Origin: Syntrophorhabdaceae bacterium
GTDB lineage: Bacteria > Desulfobacterota > Syntrophorhabdia > Syntrophorhabdales > Syntrophorhabdaceae
Assembly: GCA_963665295.1 (NCBI GenBank)
Contig: OY762209.1
Coordinates: 480,001 to 544,000, forward strand
Length of the DNA stretch: 64,000 nucleotides
Direction: 5' to 3'
This document shows positions 28,682 to 40,600 of the stretch, piece by piece. The stretch's first letter is position 1, and every line of letters starts with the position of its first letter. The notes under the pieces are model-generated. The model ran no database searches, had not been told where the DNA came from, and saw only the letters and a program-made list of their open reading frames with translations. A program made the position numbers and the translations under genes.

Positions 28682-31600
28682 CTAATGAATAATCAGCCAG
28701 TTGAATTTGATGTCGTCTTTGTAGGGCTCTCCGTCCAGCCTGACGGTGAAGCTCTTCCCATCGTCTATATCATCCTTATTTACGTATATGCTTTCGCCAC
28801 CCGAAGAACCCGTGAGGGTGACAAATATCTTGGCGTTCTGTGTGGCTTGAGTCGTGTTGATGATCACCTTATCGTCGCCAGCTTTGATCACAGCGCTTCC
28901 AGAGGAAGGGTCAGCGACTTGCCCGGAATCCGTTCTTTGGTCCGAACTGCCCAGCACTATCGATTTTGTCTTGACCACCTCCGCTTCGACGCTTTTTGCC
29001 GTGACTGTCGCTTCGGGAAGGGTGAGGTTTCCGGAAGGGTCGAGGTAAATCAGGGTCTTGGGGTTTAGGGCCAGGAGCAGACTGGTGTTGGCGTCGGTCT
29101 GGGCTTTGATGTCGGCTAATTGAGATTGAAGCTGATTGATCAAAGTCTGCTGGGAATTCATTTGGTTCACCGATTCGCTGATCACCTGATCAACTGATTC
29201 ACTGTTAACATCAGCGACTTTGTTTATTGTTTCGGTGACCTCTAATTTGACGTCGCCGATCTTGACCTCGCTTATGCCCGATAATTTGAAATATACTCTC
29301 ATGTAATTGAGGCTCGTCCAGTCGATCTCGCCGGTCTTTATTCCTTCAGAAATATTAAGTCTTATTTCATTCCAGCCGCTTTGGAGGATCTGATGGTTTG
29401 CGGTGTTCCATTGGACTTCCTTGGTGTCTCTTTGGTTTCCGAGTTCGGTGGCAAAGTCAGTGATACTGGCGGGATCTTCTATGTATAGGTTGTATATCAG
29501 GTGGCCGTCCTGAATGTCATAGCCGGAAACATCCATTCCGGGCGGGTTGATGGTTATTTCATTATATGCATCAGGAGTGGTGCAGTCTCCGCTAAGAGTA
29601 TTATTGGAAGCTTGAAGATTGGTGAGAGTGGAAGTGATGTAATCTGTGGTTTCAAACTCTTGGAAAGTGATTTCTTTGGTCTGAGTGATGGTCTGAGCTT
29701 GGGATGCCGGATTCTGGAGAGACGCGATCTTTTCTTCGAGCGAATTGACCTTGTCTTCAAGTCCGGCAATCTGCATCTGATACGGATCATTTTCAATTCT
29801 TTCTTCCAAAGTGTTAATCTGTCCGGTGAGAATCGAATATTTTTCAGTGATTTCAAAATTGATATCGGAAATTTCTGAATCAGTATTTTTTGACAAAGAA
29901 TTCAAACTTGTAATTTCAGTCTTTTGACTAATCTGCTTTAGGTTTAATTCTTTGATAGCATTTATCATTGTATAGAAAATTGGCCCTTGGGTAAGAGTGA
30001 GATAACCGTTTTGAGATCCGACTGCTTCTGGAATTAGCTTTTGAACATCTTGAGCCATAACTCCGATTACTTCCTGATCATCGGTTATTCCCAATTTTGA
30101 GTTATCCTTATAACGGAAATATACCGGATTTAAAGAAGCTATTTCATCCAAACCTCTTGAAAATGAACCTTCAACATTTTTGAGATTTTTGTCGGAATAA
30201 CTATGCACTCCTCCGTCGTGGGTGTAGATGTCGGTGGCTCGGGCATTGCCGTTGACGTCAAGAAGATAGGTTGGAACAGTTGTTCCAATTCCCACGTAGC
30301 CGTCGCCTGTCCAAGAAAGAGCGGGTGTCATCGCGGAAGCGTTTCCGGGAGACGTCATTGTTCCGAGCCCCCATCCCCCTGTTCCTGTTTTTGTTGTAGC
30401 TCCGATGGCTCCGTATAGAGATCCTGCGGAGGTCATTCCATACGATGCATTTCCTGGAGTATTTGGAGAGTAAACCATTCCACCATCAATTTGGAGTTTA
30501 ACAGCCGGCCCCGTCGTTCCTATCCCGACGTTACCGCTAGGATCAATTCTCATCTGTTCTGCGAGGCCAGCTACTCCGTTAGCTCTTGTGAAAAATGCCA
30601 GATAGGACGCATAGTTTCCCCCCGTAGAATTCCATTTTCCCCCCTTAATGCCGGCATAATTAAGTGCACCGGAAAAAATTATTGAACCACCTGTATCCTT
30701 CGCCTGAGTAGCAGTATCTCTTAATATAAGTTGGGTATTTCCTATGCCACTTAAAACTTGATTTGCTCCATCAACTTCCAAATTGGTTCCTATATCTGTT
30801 GTTCCGATTCCGACGTTGCCGCCGTCTTGGATCACGACGCTTGAGCTTGAAAAAGCGGAATTGCTGTCCATAAATCCCAAATCGCCTGCCGAGTTTATTC
30901 CCAATTGCCAGGATTCTCCTCCACTGTTTTCTTCGAGATTGAGAGCTTTACCGGTGGAATCAGAAAGTATTCCTACTTGTCCGTAATTCCCAGTAACTCC
31001 TCCGACATCCAATTTTCCTTGCGGTAAGGTTGTTCCGATGCCGACGTAGCCGCCGTTTAGGATTGTAACTTCTGGGCTATTATGGCCCAACATGATTGGG
31101 GCTGTTTCTCCATAATTTGAAATTACAAGCGAATAGGCTGGTACCGAAGAGAAAACATAATTACCAGAACTGTTTTCTTTTCCGATATACCCACGATGAT
31201 TCCCGTTGTTCGGAAAAAATATCGATTGAGAGGTTGATGTCGAAGGGGAGGATTGTACGTCACCAACCACTTCGAGTTTGACAGTTGGATTCGTCGTTCC
31301 GATGCCGACATTGCCGTCACCTGTCCAGGAAAGAACGGGTGTCATCGCGGAAGCGTTTCCGGGAGAAGTCATTGTTCCGAGCGCCCATCCTCCTGTTCCT
31401 GTTTTTGTTGTGGCTCCGATGGCTCCGTATAAAGATCCTAGGGAGGTCATTCCATACGATGCATTTCCTGAAGTATTTGGAGAGTAAACCATTCCACCAT
31501 CAATTTGGAGTTTAACAGCCGGCCCCGTCGTTCCTATCCCGAGGTTACCGGCAAAAACTCCGTATCCAGCAGTCAAATCAACATTATATCCCACCGACAG

Positions 31601-34600
31601 TCCACCTGAATCAACATGCAAATTATGTTGTCCCGACCCATCGCCAATTCTGACATCAGTCCCAGCCAGATAATTAAGCTCCAGAGTATCTCCAGCCGTG
31701 CTGTTTATCGTATCGAGAATTGCAGAATTTCCGCCGTTAGTTCCAACACCGACTCCATATGATGTTCCACCATTAAGAAATATTGCTCCGGAAGCACTCA
31801 TTTGAAGATTCCCTGTCATTGTGTCTCCGGATGTGTTCACATAGACATCACTGCATCCCACTCCATTTCCAGTTATTGATGCGCATGGCACAGTTCCAAC
31901 AGCCAAAGAACCCCCACTGAAATACCACTGCCATCCGGTTCCTTCAATATACATTCCGGTTGCTCCGTCAGCATCAACCATAAGTGTTGACTCGTAGGTT
32001 CCGCTTCCGTCAAAGAAATTTATTCCGCTATAACTGCCCTTCTTCCCCCAAACATCAATTCCTCCATATGTTTTTGTTGTACTACCTCCGTATCCACCAG
32101 ATACGTATAACTTGCTAGTCGGCGTCGTTGTACCAATGCCCACGTAGCCGTCGCCTGTCCAAGAAAGAGCGGGTGTCATCGCGGAAGCGTTTCCGGGAGA
32201 CGTCATTGTTCCGAGCCCCCATCCCCCTGTTCCTGTTTTTGTTGTAGCTCCGATGGCTCCGTATAGAGATCCTGCGGAGGTCATTCCATATGATGCATTT
32301 CCGTTGGTGTTATGGCTGTAGATCATGCCGGTAGCAACATCGAGTGCTGATAATGGAGCAGTCGAGCCGATTCCAACGTTGCCACCGTTCGTAATTCGCA
32401 TTCTTTCCGCTGAATTTGTTCTTATGTATATGTCAGGGTTGCTTCCGCTTGTTGTCCAGTTAATGTCTGCATCTCCGTAATTATTTACAATTCTGTTGCT
32501 TCCACCAGCGATAACAAATTGCTCTTGACTGCTTATTGCTCCGACAACTGTTAGCATAAACCCCGGACTCGTCGTTCCGATTCCGACGTTGCCACCGTCT
32601 TGGATCACGACGCTTGAGCTTGAAAAAGCAGAATTGCTGTCCATGAATCCCAAATCACCTGCCGAACTTATTCCCAATTGCCAGGATTCTCCTCCACTGT
32701 TTTCTTCAAGATTGAGAGCTTTACTATTGGAATCAGAAAGTATTCCTACTTGTCCGTAATTCCCAGTAACTCCTCCGACATCCAATTTTCCTTGCGGCGT
32801 CGTCGTTCCGATGCCGACGTTGCCGCCGTTGAAATAACTGTCCCCATTACTATTAAATTTAATCGCAGTCGTAGTATCAGCTTTAATGCTCATCCAGCCA
32901 TAATTGGCAGTACCGGTTGTAAACATAAAAGTATTTTTACCGGCAGTATCAGGACTGAAATAAACAGAATTGCCAACTACATCTAATTTGACCTGCGGAC
33001 TTGTCGTCCCGATGCCGACGTTGCCACCGTTGAAATATGAATTTCCACCCGTGTGAATAAGAACCGTTTGTGCATTGTTGTTGTCGTACATATTAATGAG
33101 ACCTTTTGAAGCAGAGTAGGTCATATCAACCTTGTTATTTGATCCGTCCCAGATATACATGTGTGAGTCGGTTCTAATCGAACTTACAACATCTAATTTC
33201 TGCCCTGGACTCGTCGTTCCGATGCCGATATTGCCACCGCTGGGATTCAGCAAAATCTCATTGCCTGAAATATTTTCTAATATCGTTTTGCCCGAAATAC
33301 TGGCCAAGCCCGAACGGCCAGTATAAAGTTTACTCATAATGCCTAGATCGTTTGTAGAAATAATATGAGGGCTAAGCGAACTTGAATTTGAATATACTTC
33401 CAATTTTCCCGAAGGCGCCGTCGTCCCAATTCCGACGTTGCCGTTACCTTTAAGAACCAAAATATTCGTAACCGCAGTGGCGCCATTATAGTTGGCTGTC
33501 ATATATGACGCTTGATCTGTACTGCTCGGTATCAGTTGCCATTCCATATAGGGAGTGTTGGTATTGCCCGCTCCTTTTAAAGTAATCGCTGGAGCTCCAC
33601 CGGCTGTCGCAGTTGTTACGTACAGTTTTGGATTTCCAGTATCATAAACTTCCAATTTCCCGCCCGGGCTCGTCGTTCCGATTCCGACGGAGCCGCTTGG
33701 ATCAATCCTTACTCTTTCCCCTCCGCTAATTCCATTTCTAAGCGTTCCAAATGTAATCCACTCATCCGCGCCATCAGTAGCAAACGCTTGCCAGGCTGAA
33801 TTACCGCCAAATACATTACCAGCAGTATGACCAATATAATGAGTTACTACGTTTCTTTCTCCAAATGAAAGATTTCCATTCACAGTCAACTTCGCATTCG
33901 GATTCGTCGTCCCTATACCGACGTTACCAGCCGTTGGAACCATTACAATATTATTGCTGCTTCTATCGAAAGTCATGGCTGTCGTACCGCCAACCGTCAG
34001 GGTTAATCCCGGAGAAGCGTTAGCAATAAAATTATAAAAATCAGAATTTGTCGTGTTTGTGAGTTTCAATAAGGTGCCTGCCGTAGAAGATACTTCCAAC
34101 TTCGCGCCCGGACTCGTTGTTCCAATTCCGACGTTGCCGCCACTTAGGATAGTCATTGCTACTGCGTTATTAGTCGCTAACTGCAAAGGATAAGCACCGC
34201 CGTGTCCAAAAACAGCAGCATAGGGAGATGCCCCTGTAATTATTCCTCCGCCAGTACTACTTTCCTGTCCGAGATAGACCGTGCCACCGGTATTTGCAAA
34301 CTGTATATTGGACCTATTTGTTCCTGCTGTAGAAACTAGCCTGATATCAGCAGTGGCATTGCTTATTTGCAGAGAATAAAGCGGATTGGTGGTTCCTATC
34401 CCGACGTTGCCAGCGCTGGTGATTCTGATTCTTTCACTACTGTTTGTACCAAAAATAAGGGGCTGGGCTTCGTTCGTGTTTATAGCAAAGGGAATACCCG
34501 TTCCCTGTGTTTCCATAAACGCCACGGTCGTACTAAATCTGGAACCACTTGGAGACATATATATACCAGCCGATCCGGAAGAACCAAGCCAGAATGAACT

Positions 34601-37600
34601 ACGAACATCCAACTTCGTTACCGGATTCGTCGTTCCGATGCCGACGTTGCCGTCGTTTATAACCATCATGGTGTCTCCGCTTCCGCTTGGACGAGTGCTG
34701 CCAGTATGATTATTTTTAAAATATATAATTCCAGCACTTGAAGAAGTAGACAAATACAAATCATTGCCCAATTGTTCAATTGCTCCTGAATTTGCATCAG
34801 TATCATTCAATCTTATCCAGGGGCCAGCACTGTTAGCCACTTCCAAATATGCCTGAGGACTCGTCGTCCCGATGCCGACGTTGCCGTTCTTATCTATCCT
34901 CATTCGTTCTGTTGTTGTATCAACCGGCGAACCCGCGCCAGCGTTTACTTCAAATATTAATTGTCCACCATAACCAGATTGGTTAGCAGTTTTTATTCTA
35001 GCTAACGTCCAATTATCTGTTCCATTATTTATTCTATATTGTAACGATGCTCCATCTGCTGCCGCTCCCCAAGCAGATTGCAATCTCAAAACATCGGGGT
35101 TACCAGTGCTTAATGAATACACATTCAATAATGTTCCTGGACTTGTCGTTCCGATGCCTACGTTGCCACCTTGAGTAATTCTCATATATTCATTGCCGTT
35201 TGTAACACTACTGAAGATATGAGCAGGATCGGTCGTAGCTGAGTTTTGTCTTAGAATTTGATATCCGGCATATCCATCTTGATAGAATTTGAATCCGTTT
35301 CCACCAGCATCTGTAGAAGTAATATATTCATTAGATCCAACTCCGAAATAGATTGTTCCAACTGTGGAAGAAGAACCAAACTGCGCATCACCCCTCACAT
35401 CAAACAACTTCCCTGGCGCAATTGTTCCGATTCCAACATTACCGCTTCCCAGAATAGTCATCGCAGTAATTCCGTTACTGGCGCTTGAGGCTCGCATGTT
35501 AAAATACAAACGCGCTGACGCGCTGTCATAAACATTTCCAATCATCGTGTGTCCTTGATTGCTTGTCCAAAAACCTAACCCCTCCGTGGGAGAGGCTGTA
35601 TTTGTGGGTGAAATATACAAGCCATTTGCAAAACTGGTGTAAGTATAATTATTGTTATATCCATAAATTTCTTGAGCGCCATTAACAACAAGATTCATAG
35701 TCGGACTCACCGTCCCGATTCCGACGTTGCCAGATGAATTGATAAACATCCGGCTTGAACCATTGGTTCTAAGATACAGATCATATTGAGAATTTCCCAC
35801 AAACAATGCACCATGGGCATTATCATTTGAATAACTTATATCGCCTGTCTCTGTCACACCACCTCTCTTAAATGAAATAACTCCGGCATTTCCTGAATCA
35901 TAAATTGTTAATTTTGACCCCGGACTCGTCGTCCCGATGCCGACGTTGCCGCCGAATATTGTATTTGCCCCTGACGCATTTATGTATAGCGGCTTGGTAA
36001 CAGTATTGGCGGCATTCACAGAATCAATATGATTAGCAGTAAGTCCATTCACATCATTCCTCGCCATGATATACAATCCCAAATCCATACCGGTAGTCGC
36101 CGGGGAAATGAAACTGGCAATACGGATTCCACCCGTTCCGGTTTTTTCAACAGCAAGTGGTGCCCCCGGACTCGTCGTCCCGATACCGACGTTGCCGTTA
36201 TTTACATTTAGACCATTAACTCCTCCAGTAATTAACGAAAGAATATTGGCTCCGGCCGAGCTCATACCAGTGTCCTCATCTCCTACAAATGAAAAGACGG
36301 GATTAGTCGCCGAAGGTGCCTCACCTAAAAGGGTCGGGTAGGTAGCAATGGAACTGCCAAAGTAAGGATTACTGAATTTCCACATATCCGTTCCGGCAAT
36401 TGAAATACGGAAATTATCATCGCTAGCTTCAAATATTCCGCTATCACCATCGCCGAATGCTAAAGTGGGAGTTGTCTGCAACGCTCCTGGTGTTTGATTG
36501 AGATGTAATAATCCATTTGGACTGGTGGTCCCAATTCCGACTTTTCCGTAGGTATTTATGCGCATGGCTTCATGGAAACCCACGCCACCTTCATAGGTAC
36601 TGAAAGCTAGTTGACCACTGTTGGCATAAAGCTCTCTGTAAGATTCAATTTTTGCCAAGTTATAGTTGCTGGAGGTTATATTGGTAAATAGTAATGTACC
36701 AGTAACAGAACTGTTTGAAGTTTGGTTGGCATGAATTGTAAGTGTTGGTTGCGTATCAAAAATTTCCAATTTTGAGGTTGGTCCCGTCGTCCCGATTCCG
36801 ACGTTGTACGAAGTTGAATCCGGATAGAGATTTGATCCAGTGAGGGTCCAAGCTCCTCCACTACTTGAGATGTCTGACCATGATGCATTTCCGGAAGCAT
36901 CAGTGGTGAGATAATATCCAGCCGATGCTCCATTGGTCATTGTGAGAGTAGTGGTATATGTTCTTCCATTGACTTGCAAATTTCCGCTGGATGGGTTGGT
37001 TGTTCCGATTCCAACGTTGCCGTTGCCTAAAATAGTGACTGCATTCACATCTGTTCCGGTATCTCTCATTCTGAAAGTCATTTTTGCTGTAGCGCTGTCA
37101 TATCCATTCGAAAAGATAGCATTTGTTTGCCCGGAATTATCAAAGTAAGCATGGAGTCCGCTTGTTGCAGAGCTGCCCACAGTCAGGCCTTCTGTAATAG
37201 CATCATTAGTCGGAGTGCTTACCTGCAGAGTACTGACGGGCGCAGTTGTCCCGATGCCGACGTTGCCGCCGCTTTGCAAAAACATTGTTATCGTAGAATT
37301 TGCACCTAATTCCAAATCTCCAACAGAAGTTAATCTAATATCATTAGAATCAGTACCCACAATCATCGACCCGGCGCCAGTCACATAATAACCAGTCGTA
37401 TCACGAATGCTTCCTATGACATGTAGCGTATTGCTCGGACTCGTCGTCCCGATTCCGACGTTGCCAGCTGGTGATAAAAGAATATGACCGGTTCCTCCAG
37501 AAGTAGATAGAGTCATATTATTATCATCATGAGCCACTCTTCCGTAATAACCCGCCGTTAAACCCGCACCTCTCAAAGTTATATTTTGTGTAGCCGCAAT

Positions 37601-40600
37601 ATTGCCAGCTACGGATAATAAAGCTTGGGTCGGCGCAGTCGTCCCAATTCCGACGTTGCCGCTTGTAAAAATGGTACTGTACCCGCTACGCGGCGTTATG
37701 TCCAAATTAGCTGTTGTATCGTTATACCTCAAAGATGCAGCATAAGTTGTAGCGTTAGTATATGGACCAAGATATAGAACAGCATCGCCCGGACCCGTAC
37801 CGCCCGGCCGCCCAATCAATACTGAAGTGTCTACCGCCAACTTCGCCCCCGGCGCCGTTGTTCCAATCCCGACGTTGTACGAAGTTGAATCCGGATAAAG
37901 ATTTGATCCAGTGAGAGTCCAAGCTCCTCCACTACTTGAGATATCTGACCATGATGCATTTCCGGAAGCATCAGTGGTGAGATAATATCCAGCCGATGCT
38001 CCATTGGTCATTGTGAGAGTGGTGGTATATGTTCTTCCGTTGACTTGCAAATTTCCGCTGGATGGGTTGGTTGTTCCGATTCCGACGTTGCCATTAGTTG
38101 GAGCTAGCAGAACATTAGTCCCATTAACCTGCCATCTATAAACTAAGTTTGTCTGATCGTATAAACCAAAAGTTGAACCGCCTATTTGAAAATTATAAGT
38201 ATTAGCTGAGGATCTTTGGAACTGTAAGGCATTGGATGTGCTTGAATATATATCTAGCATCGATGCTGGATTCGTCGTTCCGATTCCGACGTTGCCGCCA
38301 CTGGGTTGCAGTAACATATTGTAGGCGGTCGCGGTGCCGTCGATGCGTTGCACTTGTTGGAAAACATCGCCGGTAGCCAAACCTCCAACTAACAAGCCAT
38401 GACCGGAACCGACGGTCACTCCAAGCGACCCTCCATAAACGCCCAGCGCCGGTATGGTGTCCGTGCCCGTTCGGCGGATGTCTAATTTACCGAGCGGGTT
38501 CGTTGTCCCAATCCCGACGTTGCCGTCTGTTTTTATAGTAACTTTTGCCTCTCCAATAACACTTCCGGTTCCAATCTCCAATCTGTCTCCATCTGAATTA
38601 TCCATTCCCAAATGCCAGTATTGAGTTGCATAAGCACCCAAGACATATAACGGATCTCCTGCGCTTGCGCCTCCCACAAAATTGATAATTCTGGAACCTG
38701 AACTAACATTGGTATTATCAGTATTCATCAAATATTCATCCAAGTTTCCACCAACACTTGCCTTGCGAACATCAAGTAATCCTACCGGTGCTGTCGTCCC
38801 GATGCCGACGTTACCGCCTTGAGTAATTCTCATTCTCTCATTAGCATCAGCGTAACCGCCAGTAAAGAGTCTCAATAAGCCTGCCGCATCCGAAGCGGCG
38901 ATGTTAATTCCTCCTGTTCCATTAGCACCAATTTGCATAGCGCCTGCTTGATAAGCCCCATTGGTTGTGTATCCTGAACCATAATTATCTATAAACGCCG
39001 AGCTTGCATTTGTCTGTAAAAGCATTCTGCTATACGCCGCATTGCCAGTGTTTGGATTTTCAATTCCTAGTTCTGCTACAGAATTGGCGTTTTTCCAAAG
39101 ATAAAACATTTGCGCTGGCGCTGTCGTCCCGATGCCGACATTGCCGCCACTGGTAATTCTCATCGCTTCAGCCAAACTTGAAGTTGAATGTGTAGAAAAT
39201 GTCAAAGCAAAAGGATAACTTCCCCAAGCCTCTCTTACCGCTTTTATCTCGGCCCCGCTTGCACCAGTTTCTTGATAAAATTGAAGTGCCTGCGCTTGAC
39301 TGTAGTCACCGCTTGTTTGATTGCCATTTTGAATAGCGATATTGCCGTTCGCAACTTGTAACTTCGCCCCCGGCGCCGTCGTTCCGATTCCGACGTTGCC
39401 GTTATTTACATTTAGACCATTAACCCCTCCAGTAATTAACGAAAGAATATTAGCTCCGGCAGAACTCATACCAGTGTCCTCATCTCCTACAAATGAAAAG
39501 ACGGGATTAGTCGCCGAAGGTGCCTCACCTAAAAGGGTCGGGTAGGTAGCAATGGAACTGCCAAAGTAAGGATTACTGAATTTCCACATATCCGTTCCGG
39601 CAATTGAAATACGGAAATTATCATCGCTAGCTTCAAATATTCCGCTATCACCATCGCCGAATGCTAAAGTGGGAGTTGTCTGCAACGCTCCTGGTGTTTG
39701 ATTGAGATGTAATAATCCATTTGGACTGGTGGTCCCAATTCCGACTTTTCCGTAGGTATTTATGCGCATGGCTTCATGGAAACCCACGCCACCTTCATAG
39801 GTACTGAAAGCTAGTTGACCACTGTTGGCATAAAGCTCTCTGTAAGATTCAATTTTTGCCAAGTTATAGTTGCTGGAGGTTATATTGGTAAATAGTAATG
39901 TACCAGTAACAGAACTGTTTGAAGTTTGGTTGGCATGAATTGTAAGTGTTGGTTGCGTATCAAAAATTTCCAATTTTGAGGTTGGTCCCGTCGTCCCGAT
40001 CCCGACGTTGTACGAAGTTGAATCCGGATAAAGATTTGATCCAGTGAGAGTCCAAGCTCCTCCACTACTTGAGATATCTGACCATGATGCATTTCCGGAA
40101 GCATCAGTGGTAAGATAATATCCAGCCGATGCTCCATTGGTCATTGTGAGAGTGGTGGTATATGTTCTTCCGTTGACTTGCAAATTTCCGCTGGATGGGT
40201 TGGTCGTCCCAATTCCGACGTTGCCACTTTGGTTAATAACCATCACATCATTTCCACTAGATGCTCTAAATTCGAGTGCGCTACCTGTGGAAAGTTGATT
40301 TGTTCCTATGCCCCATCGGTATAAAGAATTGTCATAGAATGTAAGAGCAGCAGAACCACCGTTTGTAGCGGTTTCAATTCTAAGTCCAGTATCTCCGGTA
40401 CTGTTATATAAATGAAGTTTGACAGCCGGACTTGTCGTCCCGATTCCAACGTTGCCGCCGGTTATTGTGGTATTACCACCATTGTTTTCGAGAGCGATGC
40501 CTTTCGCTGAAATTGCCAAGTTCTCCCAAGCCCCACCCGTCCGGTCATACGACTGAATCTGTGAGCGAGTATTGCTTGTGGCATACCACATTTCAAGCCC

